A DNA stretch of 32,000 nucleotides. It comes from Methanocaldococcus jannaschii DSM 2661. GTDB lineage: Archaea; AGJL01; Methanococci; Methanococcales; Methanocaldococcaceae. The first letter of the stretch is position 1. Every line of letters begins with the position of its first letter. Position numbers and translations under genes: made by a program. Where the stretch lies: the NCBI RefSeq assembly GCF_000091665.1, contig NC_000909.1:473581-505580 (forward strand), written 5' to 3'. Below the pieces are notes generated by a model. The model was not told where the DNA came from. It made no database searches and saw nothing but the letters and a program-made list of their open reading frames with translations. Below, one piece after another: positions 20,493 through 28,919 of the stretch.

Positions 20493-21293
20493 ATGGAAAT
20501 ATTAATAGTTAATGATGATGGGATTTATTCACCCTCATTGATAGCATTATACAATGCTTTAAAAGAGAAGTTTAGTGATGCAAACATAACCATAGTTGCT
20601 CCAACAAATCAGCAGAGTGGGATTGGTAGGGCTATAAGCCTATTTGAACCGCTGAGGATGACAAAGGTTAAGTTAGCAAAGGACATTGTCGGTTATGCAG
20701 TTTCTGGAACGCCTACTGATTGTGTAATCTTAGGAATATATCAAATATTAAAAAAAGTTCCAGATTTGGTTATTTCTGGGATAAATATTGGAGAGAATTT
20801 AGGGACAGAGATAATGACTTCTGGAACATTAGGGGCTGCGTTTGAAGCTGCTCATCATGGAGCTAAATCTATAGCTTCTTCATTACAAATAACTTCAGAC
20901 CACTTAAAATTTAAAGAGTTGGATATACCAATAAACTTTGAAATCCCAGCAAAAATAACTGCAAAAATTGCTGAGAAATATTTAGATTATGACATGCCTT
21001 GTGATGTTTTAAATATAAACATTCCAGAAAACGCAACTTTAGAAACCCCTATAGAAATTACAAGATTAGCAAGAAAGATGTATACAACACATGTTGAAGA
21101 GAGAATAGACCCAAGAGGGAGGAGTTATTACTGGATTGATGGCTATCCGATATTTGAAGAGGAGGAAGATACAGATGTTTATGTTCTAAGAAAAAAGAGA
21201 CATATCTCAATAACTCCTCTAACTTTAGATACAACTATCAAGAATTTAGATGAATTTAAGGAAAAATATGGGAAGATTCTTTGTGAGATGTAG
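20493..21293 (+). CDS. surE: 5'/3'-nucleotidase SurE
   Basis: Contains MEILIVNDDGIYSPS (NDDG motif), SGINIGEN and GTVGAA-like TSGTLGAA. The start is at the ATG at 20493 after GGTGAT. The ORF-track start at 20463 adds 10 residues. Confidence 0.9.
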   Translation: MEILIVNDDGIYSPSLIALYNALKEKFSDANITIVAPTNQQSGIGRAISLFEPLRMTKVKLAKDIVGYAVSGTPTDCVILGIYQILKKVPDLVISGINIGENLGTEIMTSGTLGAAFEAAHHGAKSIASSLQITSDHLKFKELDIPINFEIPAKITAKIAEKYLDYDMPCDVLNINIPENATLETPIEITRLARKMYTTHVEERIDPRGRSYYWIDGYPIFEEEEDTDVYVLRKKRHISITPLTLDTTIKNLDEFKEKYGKILCEM

Positions 21294-21306
21294 TTTGAAA
21301 CATAAT

Positions 21307-21720
21307 TTAATAAATATCTGTCTTTAATCTTTTTAATTTCTCTTGAATTGCTTTTTCTAATTTTGTCAATTCTCCTGTTTCATGAAAGTCGATAATACTT
21401 AACTTTTTTGGATTAAAATATGACCATGCCCCTGCATACACAATGATGTCATATTTTATGGGTTTATACCCTTTCTTTTCCATTTCTACATTCACATTTT
21501 TAAAATCAATGCAGTCTATTAAATTAGGGAGAATTTCCATACCTAATTCATCTTCTTCTTGAAAGTATCCCTTTATATACTCCCAATTTATGCTTTTCAC
21601 TATAGCATCTGACAAGTCATCTATAAACTTATCTTCAGTGATGTCATCCGGAGCCATAAATTCAAAATCATATGACTCCTCATAAGATATAAATTCTAAT
21701 CTAACAAATTTCATTATCAT
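21307..21720 (-). CDS. Hypothetical acidic protein (about 135 aa)
   Basis: ORF with typical codon usage and no recognisable motif. The start is ambiguous among GTG 21723, ATG 21720 and ATG 21714. Confidence 0.6.
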   Translation of the reverse strand: MIMKFVRLEFISYEESYDFEFMAPDDITEDKFIDDLSDAIVKSINWEYIKGYFQEEDELGMEILPNLIDCIDFKNVNVEMEKKGYKPIKYDIIVYAGAWSYFNPKKLSIIDFHETGELTKLEKAIQEKLKRLKTDIY

Positions 21721-21840
21721 CACTTCATTTTCACTGGGGGGTTGTTATGGTTTATTATTTGAAGGTTTAAATTATTTATCATTTTGTGAAATTATATGGT
21801 TCTTTTCAAAACTAATAAAATCTATTTATGAGTAAATTTG

Positions 21841-21864
21841 AACTCCTTCCTAATGGAAGGAGTT
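21841..21864. other. Isolated perfect 10-bp-stem hairpin in a 280-bp divergent intergenic region
   Basis: aactccttcc-taat-ggaaggagtt. The stem is perfect and GC-enriched relative to its surroundings. No oligo-T tract follows on either strand. Confidence 0.6.
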
Positions 21865-22004
21865 TATCTATGTTATACTATTTATATTCCAAAATATATA
21901 GAACTATAAAAAACTTATAATAACTTACTTGCCATACATTGGAAATTCTTAATATTAATTAACTTTAAATATTACAATTACAAAAAAATATAAGGTTTTG
22001 AACA

Positions 22005-23042
22005 GTGAAAAAGGTGGTTTTATTGACTTGCACCATTATTGTTGGAGGACAATGGGGAGATGAAGGAAAAGGAAAGATAATAAGCTATATTTGTGATAAA
22101 GACAAGCCATCAATTATTGCAAGAGGAGGAGTAGGACCAAACGCTGGGCATACTGTAAATATTGGTGGAAAAAGTTATGGAATTAGAATGATACCTACAG
22201 GATTCCCATACAAAGAGGCAAAGTTGGCTATAGGGGCTGGTGTTTTGGTAGATCCAGAAGTTTTGTTAAAAGAGGTAGAGATGCTTAAAGACTTTAATGT
22301 TAAAGAGAGATTGATTGTAGATTATAGATGTGGAATTATTGAAGAGAAGCATAAAATTATGGACAGAAAAGATGAGCACTTGGCTAAAGAGATTGGAACT
22401 ACTGGAAGCGGCTGTGGCCCTGCAAACGTTGATAGAGTGTTGAGGATTTTAAAGCAGGCAAAGGATATTGAAGAGCTTAAAGAATTTTTAGGAGATGTCT
22501 CTGAAGAGGTTAATAATGCATTGGATAGAGGAGAAAATGTTTTAATTGAAGGAACACAGGGAACTTTACTCTCTTTATATTATGGAACCTATCCTTATGT
22601 AACATCCAAGGATACAACAGCTTCATCATTTGCCGCTGATGTTGGAATCGGCCCTACAAAAGTTGATGAGGTTATAGTTGTCTTTAAAACCTTCCCTACA
22701 AGAGTTGGTGCTGGGCCATTTCCAACTGAAATGTCATTAGAAGAGGCAGAGAGCTTGGGAATTGTTGAGTATGGAACAGTTACTGGAAGAAGGAGAAGAG
22801 TTGGCTATTTTGACTTTGAATTAGCAAGGAAAGCTTGTAGGTTGAATGGAGCAACACAGATTGCTTTAACTGGATTAGATAAATACGATAAAGAGTGTTA
22901 TGGAGTAACTGAATATAATAAGCTAAGTGAAAAAGCTAAAGAATTTATAAACAAGATTGAAGAAGTTACTGGAGTTCCAGTAACTATAATCTCCACAGGT
23001 CCAGAAATGCACCAAACAATTGATTTAAGAAATGAGCTATAA
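22005..23042 (+). CDS. purA: Adenylosuccinate synthetase (short archaeal form)
   Basis: Contains [11 protein letters not shown] (P-loop), [16 protein letters not shown] and GTVTGRRRR. The ORF-track start is the GTG at 22005. An alternative TTG at 22023 is preceded by AAGGTGG. Confidence 0.92.
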   Translation: MKKVVLLTCTIIVGGQWGDEGKGKIISYICDKDKPSIIARGGVGPNAGHTVNIGGKSYGIRMIPTGFPYKEAKLAIGAGVLVDPEVLLKEVEMLKDFNVKERLIVDYRCGIIEEKHKIMDRKDEHLAKEIGTTGSGCGPANVDRVLRILKQAKDIEELKEFLGDVSEEVNNALDRGENVLIEGTQGTLLSLYYGTYPYVTSKDTTASSFAADVGIGPTKVDEVIVVFKTFPTRVGAGPFPTEMSLEEAESLGIVEYGTVTGRRRRVGYFDFELARKACRLNGATQIALTGLDKYDKECYGVTEYNKLSEKAKEFINKIEEVTGVPVTIISTGPEMHQTIDLRNEL

Positions 23043-23106
23043 AATTTAACTAAATTTCATATTATATTAGATAATCTTTTTTAAGGTTAATATAAACCAT
23101 GCCTAA

Positions 23107-23322
23107 CTAAATCGGAATTACTGAAACGCTATCTTTTATAATTATCTTGTATTTTTTATTTTTGTAAATGTATGTTGCATTAGTATTTGGATAGTTAATC
23201 ATTAACTTAGCTTCTGCCTTTTTTAACCTATTTAAATTTTTTTCTATTGGATTTTTTTCGTACTCTTTTTTTGCATTAAAGTAATTGTCTAGTAATTCTT
23301 CAATTGGGTCCTTAAAATTCAT
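23107..23322 (-). CDS. Small hypothetical protein (71 aa)
   Basis: ORF downstream of the methyltransferase on the same strand. The ATG at 23322 is preceded by GTGATAGGG. It has a predicted helical N-terminal half and a beta-rich C-terminal half, with no motif. Confidence 0.5.
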   Translation of the reverse strand: MNFKDPIEELLDNYFNAKKEYEKNPIEKNLNRLKKAEAKLMINYPNTNATYIYKNKKYKIIIKDSVSVIPI

Positions 23323-23440
23323 CCCTATCACTTGTTTTTATCATTATATTAATAGCCTACCGATTTAAACCATATTTGTAGCTTATTATTTAGTTTTTTC
23401 AATAGGATTTCCTTTCTTGTTTTAATGGACTGCTTATTCA

Positions 23441-23467
23441 AACCTTTTAGTAAAAGGTTCATCAAAA
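23441..23467. repeat. Single hairpin module of the GTTSATCAAAA family, abutting the methyltransferase stop codon
   Basis: aaccttttagtaaaaggtt (identical to 293..311) is followed by catcaaaa. It ends 1 nt before the TAA at 23468..23470. Confidence 0.75.
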
Positions 23468-24400
23468 TTATAACTGTTTTTTGATTTCTTTAGCTATAGC
23501 CCTACCCAGTATCGGAGGAACACTTTCTCCAATTTGATTATACTGAACATCTCTTCCTCCAAAGAATACAAAATCATCAGGATAACTCATCAATCTTGCC
23601 TGTTCTCTTACAGTTAATAACCTATCTTCATAAGGGTGGATAAACCTGCTCCTTCCTTTAACAGTTGGAGCTAATTTTTTAGGATGCAACTTATACCAAT
23701 TAAACATTAACTTTTTCTTTCCTCTATATCTATATAATGCCTCACCCCACTTTAATTTTGAAATCATCTCTACTTTTTCTTTAGATAACTTTTTAATTTC
23801 ATGATTTTTTGCGTCTTTTGGAATGTCTTTTAAAGCTTCTTCTACAACAACAAGTTTATCAACTTTCTTTGGCTTTAATTTTATATTTGAAATAAACATT
23901 CTCGCTCTTTTTGATGGATTTCCATAATCCTCTGCTCTTAATATATTAAAATAAACCTTATGCCCTATATCTCCAAACAACTTTTTTAGTTCATCCTTAA
24001 TTTCTTTAATTTGTGGAACATTTTCCATAACAAATATTAAATCATCATTTCTTTGTGTAAAGTAATTGACATAATCTATATAATACAAAACTAACCTACC
24101 AACTTTGTCTTTATATAATCTATCTAATGGATTGTCTTTAATTAATTTATTTGCCTTTGTAAATGGCTCACATGGAGGAGAGCCGATAATTACATCAACT
24201 TTCTCATTTTTTATAAATTCATCAAACGCTTTCGGAGGAATCCTCTTTATATCATCCATCCAGACAGGGGCTTTTATATTGTATAAATAAGTTTTAACAA
24301 CTGGCTTAAAGTTCTCTATAGCTCCCAAAATTCTGAAGTTTTCATCTAAAAAACCTTTTGAAAAACCTCCACATCCAGAGAATAAATCAATAACATTCAT
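23468..24400 (-). CDS. DNA (cytosine-5)-methyltransferase family protein, solitary
   Basis: The full m5C motif set is present: I DLFSGCGGFSKGF, IV GSPPCEPFT, VI FVMENVPQI, VIII PSKRARMFI, IX RLLTVREQARLMSYPDDFVF, X NQIGESVPP. GGTGAGAAT RBS is present. Confidence 0.88.
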   Translation of the reverse strand: MNVIDLFSGCGGFSKGFLDENFRILGAIENFKPVVKTYLYNIKAPVWMDDIKRIPPKAFDEFIKNEKVDVIIGSPPCEPFTKANKLIKDNPLDRLYKDKVGRLVLYYIDYVNYFTQRNDDLIFVMENVPQIKEIKDELKKLFGDIGHKVYFNILRAEDYGNPSKRARMFISNIKLKPKKVDKLVVVEEALKDIPKDAKNHEIKKLSKEKVEMISKLKWGEALYRYRGKKKLMFNWYKLHPKKLAPTVKGRSRFIHPYEDRLLTVREQARLMSYPDDFVFFGGRDVQYNQIGESVPPILGRAIAKEIKKQL

Positions 24401-24410
24401 ATTCTCACCG

Positions 24411-24583
24411 AAACTTTTAGTAAAAGTTGAACAAAAACTCTTCGAGTTTTTGTAGCCCGAAGCTAACGCTTCGGTTTCATCAAAACTCGTTCCATTAAGT
24501 TGGGGCTTTCAGCCCCAATTATGTCCATTATTAATATGAATGAAAAAATCCGATATGATTTTATTAAACGCTTCATATCCAAT
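24411..24583. repeat. Cassette of four short GC-rich hairpins (MJRE-like) between alaS and the methyltransferase
   Basis: Hairpins at 24412..24428 (aactttta-g-taaaagtt), 24433..24451 (aaaaactc-ttc-gagttttt), 24457..24474 (ccgaagc-taac-gcttcgg) and 24500..24518 (ttggggct-ttc-agccccaa). The ttcatcaaaac motif lies at 24476..24486. Confidence 0.75.
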
Positions 24584-24627
24584 ATTCTCACCAAAAAAGA
24601 AAAATTAAATTAATCGTTAAAGCAAAT

Positions 24628-27306
24628 TTATTTATTTTTAATGAACTCAATAACTTTCTTTTTAATCTCCTCTACATCTCCTTCATATTTTCCTTGAGCT
24701 AAATGCTCTCTACCTCCTCCTTTGGCAATATATCTTATAAGTTCATTCATTTTTATATCTACATTTTCTCCTCTTTTACATAATATATTGCCCTTATCAT
24801 TCAATAACACAACTATGGCATTTTCAGTAGCTAAGTTATCAGCTATGTTCAACATCTCTTTTGGATTAGCCTCAACTTTCTCAACTAAAACTTTGTAATT
24901 TCCAATTGTCTCAAATTTATTTATTAATTCAAATTTCTTAAGTTCTCCTATCTTTTTCTCTAACTCCTCTATCTTCTTTCTCTGCTCCTTCCACTCTTCA
25001 AAGAATCTCTTTATAACCTTTGGCAGTTCTTCAGTTGGGCATCTTAAAATCTCAGCACTCTCCTCTAATATATCCTCCATCTCTTGCACTGCTTTTAAAG
25101 CACTTAAGCCACTTGAATAAATCAGCCTTTCAACACCATCTTGAACTCTCTCTGTCTTAATTATCTTTATAAATCCAACCTCTCCAGTGTTTTGGCAGTG
25201 CGTCCCACCACATGCTTGAACATCAACGATATTTCCATTTTCATCTTCAATAATAACAATCCTTAAAACATTTCCTGGAACAACTCCTCCTTGATATATT
25301 CTAAATCCAAATTTCTCCTCTGCCTCATTTCTATCCATAAATATACTCTTTATGTTATAATTATTTAAGACAATCTCATTAGCTACTCTCTCAATATCTT
25401 TCAGTTCTTCTCTGCTTATTCTCTTATAGTGAGTTATATCCAACCTCGCTTTATCTACATCAACATCTGAACCTGCCTGCCAAACATGCCTTCCTAAAAC
25501 CTTCTGAGCTGCAGCATTTATTATGTGTGTTGCAGTGTGGTTTCTCATTAAACTTAACCTTCTCTTCCAATCAATAACTCCTTTAACAATATCTCCTTCT
25601 TTTAATTCATCATTTAAGTTCTCTATTTTATGATAAACTATATTATTTTCTTTCTGCACATCAACAACTCTAAACTTCTTATCTCCTTTTATTATATATC
25701 CAGTATCTGCCTTCTGTCCTCCACCTTCTGGATAGAATGCAGTTCTATCTAAGATTACATAATCATCAACAATTCTTAAGATTTTAGCCTCAAACTCTTT
25801 CATTTTTGGATATTCGTAGAATAACAGTTCTGTCTTATCAACATTAACTTCTGGAAGTTTAATTTTCTCTTTAACTTCTTTTTTATTTTCGTGTCTCTCT
25901 GCAACTATTGTATAGAAGTTGTCTGGAATTTTAACATCTTTTCCTAACGATTTAGCAACGTCTTTAACGATCTCTGGAGGTAAGCCATGGCTGTCATATA
26001 ACTCAATTAAATTCTCTAAATCAATCTCTTTTTTGCTCTTTAATAATCTTTCAACGATTCCTTTTCCTCTTTCAATTGTCTGTCTATACTTATTTGTCTC
26101 AATTTCTAAAATCTCCATAATGTAATCTTCCATATCCAATAACTCTGGATATAAGTCCTTTAGTTCATTCAACTGCATTGCAACAATTTCGGTTATTGGT
26201 GTTGAAAGGTTTAGCCGATCCATATGTCTTAATGTCTTTCTTATAAGCATTCTAACCAAATAACCATCCTTAACGTTTGAAGGAACTATTCCATCTCCCA
26301 ACATAAATGCCAAAGCCCTCGTATGATCTACTATTGCATAGATGTCTTCATAAGGGGAGATTAACTTATCTAACTCCTCAACTGGGATATTTACTTTGTT
26401 AGCTACTTCCTCTCTCAACTTTCTCAAATCCCCAACATCCTTAACATCCATTAATCCAGCAACTTCTGTAATTTTAGCCAATATCTCCTTATCTATATCT
26501 TTAACTCCTGCATCTTCTTTTAATTTATTGACGATATTTTTAAATATGGCATCGTATATTGTTGGTTCTCCAGTTGAAGCCCAGACAAATCTTTCAATAC
26601 CATAACCAGTATCAACGATTTTTAACGGAATTTCTTTGTAGTTATCTCCAACTTTCTCATACTGCATAAAAACAAGGGTTGCTAACTCAACACCATGAGT
26701 TATTACCTCATAGCAAGGCCCAGCATTTCCCCCACCTTCCCACCAACTCTCAATAAAGGTTATTGATTTCTCATCTATGCCCAATTTTTTAAAGAAGTTA
26801 AAGCAGAGTTCAACTGTCTCATCCTGCCAGTATTTGAAGTCATCTTCTCTGTTAAAAGCATGATGTCCTCCCATTGTAAAGCATGTTAAATGCCTTCCAG
26901 TTCTTCCAACGTTGTCAATATCATTCAACCTTATACATGGCTGGGCTATAACTAAAGGATTTGCCTTTGGTTTTACAATTCCTTTGGTGATCCATGGCTG
27001 AAACACAGCTATTGAAGCGATTGTTAATAAAATATCATCTCTCCATCTTCTTGCAGTTACTGGAGCTCTTTTTATTGGTTCATGCCCATGCTCTTTAAAG
27101 AAGTTTATAAACTCTTTAACCATTTCCTTGTATGTATATGGCTTTTTAGTTATCGGCTTTCCAATAAATGAATAGATATCACAAGGTGCATCTCCACATG
27201 TTTCTCTCTCTTCATCCAAAGTCCAAAACCATTGCCCACATTTCTTACACTTCTTTCTTACAAATCCAAGTTCATCAAATAATTTTACTTTATAATTATG
27301 TTTCAT
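24628..27306 (-). CDS. alaS: Alanyl-tRNA synthetase
   Basis: 892 aa. Class II core, editing-domain [10 protein letters not shown] ... CGGTHC zinc motif, and a C-terminal DHHA1-like domain. AGGTGATGGG RBS is present. Confidence 0.95.
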
Positions 27307-27439
27307 CCCATCACCTTTAATGATTGCAGTTTTTAGTATCTTTCAAGACCTCTTAAAACATTTTAAGTGGTTCATAAATAAATTTTATTAATTTGTGAGA
27401 TACATGGTAGGTAAGTAGCTATAATTTTATAAGTTATAT

Positions 27440-27910
27440 TTAAATATTAATTTTCATAAGAAAGAAGACAAAAATGTTTGTATATGAATTTGCCTATAAT
27501 CTATTGTAGGTTTGGAATTTCTGATTTTGTTGTTTGGTTTATGGATTGTCTTGTTGGATAAGTTTAGAATTTGAAAATAAGAGCATTTAGGAATTATTTC
27601 TTTATTTAAATAATATTTATTTAATTTCTAAGGGTTAGCTGATTTGATTGTTTAAAATATTTAACTTAATTAAATTATTTAGATTTTTAAAAATTAAGAT
27701 TAATTAGGTAAGTAAATAAAATTTCTCTAACAAATAAGTTAAATTTTTGGATTTAAAAAGATAAAAATGCTCAGTTTTATTAAAGGGAGAAAATTTTAAA
27801 TACTAAAAGGTTTATATTGTAAGATGGTTATTTATCCTTAGAAAAATATGGTATAGAAAAGCTTAAATATTAAGAGTGATGAAGTATATTATGTTGTGAA
27901 TGATTGCCCT
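27440..27910 (+). promoter_or_regulatory. CRISPR leader (very AT-rich, non-coding) with candidate archaeal TATA boxes
   Basis: No ORF on either strand. TATA-like aaaaggtttatatt lies at 27805..27818 and aaagcttaaatatt at 27858..27871. It directly abuts repeat 1, and the opposite end of the array carries the degenerate repeat. The left boundary is arbitrary because the alaS promoter shares this intergenic region. Confidence 0.6.
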
Positions 27911-28409
27911 GTTAAAATCAGACCTCTTGGAGGATGGAAAGTTGAAAATATTTTGATGATTTCTTACATACTTTTTAGTTAAAATCAGACCTCTTGGAGG
28001 ATGGAAAGGATAGTGGGGGCTGGTATTGGGATTGTGGAATATGGACGGGGTTAAAATCAGACCTCTTGGAGGATGGAAAGTTAAAGGAGGTAATCTAACG
28101 ATGAGGGAGGGCAGAGTTAAAATCAGACCTCTTGGAGGATGGAAAGGTGTGTGTGCGTGTGTTGGGGGAGGCAGGTTAAAATCAGACCTCTTGGAGGATG
28201 GAAAGTTATTTCGATAGCTTCCTTGGCATCCTCTGCTTCAAGTTAAAATCAGACCTCTTGGAGGATGGAAAACTTGATGCCGTAAAAAATCTTAGATTGC
28301 TAACCCAATGTTAAAATCAGACCTCTTGGAGGATGGAAACTTTTCAAATACTTCTACTTTCAAATTGTAACTATCATAAATTAAAATAAGACCTCTTGGA
28401 GGCTAACAA
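27911..28409 (+). CRISPR. CRISPR array: 7 intact repeats, 1 degenerate terminal repeat and 7 spacers
   Basis: The repeat gttaaaatcagacctcttggaggatggaaa (30 nt; the 31st base is G in 5 of 7) starts at 27911, 27978, 28050, 28116, 28175, 28242 and 28310. The degenerate copy attaaaataagacctcttggaggctaacaaa starts at 28380. Spacers are 37, 42, 36, 29, 37, 38 and 40 nt when counted with 30-nt repeats. Confidence 0.97.
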
Positions 28410-28461
28410 AAACTATTTTAAAAACTAAAAATAGCAACTAAAAAATAATTATTTTTCTTCT

Positions 28462-28905
28462 CTATGTTGTAGATGATGAGATAATTTTAGCTATTCTGTA
28501 TGGAATTATCGCAAGCATTCCTAAAACTAAATATACAGTTAAATCGTTAAAAAATCCCCAATCTGCCCAATCCTCAAACCCCAATAAAAATCCAATAGCA
28601 TCAGATATTAAAATCAAAAATGCAATAACCCCAATTCCCAAACCAATAATAGAAGCAGTAAATAAATAAGAAACTGCTTTTATATCCCTATCCACAGCTT
28701 TTTTTACACCTAAAAAATATGCTATTCCAACAGCTAATAAAGCTAAACCACCAAATACATCTCCTACAAATAATGGCAATTCAATTTTAAAGCCCAATAT
28801 TGAGTAAAGCCCAATTATTATTTCAATAATCCCAGAAACTGTGAATAGTAATCCAAATACCAAAGACAAGCTAACAATTACATTTCTCATATTCTTTATG
28901 TCCAT
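28462..28905 (-). CDS. Small integral membrane protein (4 TM), probably co-transcribed with feoAB
   Basis: 147-aa hydrophobic ORF that begins 14 nt after the feoB stop on the same strand. Confidence 0.7.
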   Translation of the reverse strand: MDIKNMRNVIVSLSLVFGLLFTVSGIIEIIIGLYSILGFKIELPLFVGDVFGGLALLAVGIAYFLGVKKAVDRDIKAVSYLFTASIIGLGIGVIAFLILISDAIGFLLGFEDWADWGFFNDLTVYLVLGMLAIIPYRIAKIISSSTT

Positions 28906-28919
28906 AATTAATCACCTTA

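Noticed and set aside
21828-21923. 31-codon ORF (MSKFELLPNGRSLSMLYYLYSKIYRTIKNL) spanning the 21841 hairpin
   Set aside because: It has no RBS and an odd composition, and the hairpin itself generates the complementary codons. It is unlikely to be coding.
23107-23331. Small ORF next to the methyltransferase as the cognate restriction endonuclease or Vsr-type repair nuclease
   Set aside because: At 71-74 aa with no PD-(D/E)xK, HNH or Vsr-like motif, it is too small to be a plausible nuclease.
24466-24576. 37-codon ORF (MKRLIKSYRIFSFILIMDIIGAESPNLMERVLMKPKR) starting at the duplicated RBS/ATG upstream of the methyltransferase
   Set aside because: It runs through hairpin repeat modules, is out of frame with the MTase (176-nt offset) and ends inside a hairpin. 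It is most simply a by-product of the duplication, though translation cannot be excluded.
27344-27360. caagacctcttaaaaca near the alaS start shares agacctctt (27346..27354) with the CRISPR repeat core, and in reverse complement looks like a mini-repeat (GTTTTAAGAGGTCTTGAAAG)
   Set aside because: It is a 9-nt identity only. It could be a decayed solo repeat at the far end of the leader, but the evidence is too thin to call.
27941-27977. Spacer 1 contains ttttgatgatt, identical to 11 nt of the right arm of the palindromic element (3096..3106), hinting at self-targeting of the repeat family
   Set aside because: The match is only 11 nt of AT-rich sequence and diverges immediately afterwards. That is within chance expectation for this composition.
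28026-28217. 63-aa plus-strand ORF from the ORF track ([18 protein letters not shown]...)
   Set aside because: It lies entirely inside the CRISPR array. The recurring peptide [10 protein letters not shown] is simply the translated repeat, so it is not a gene.
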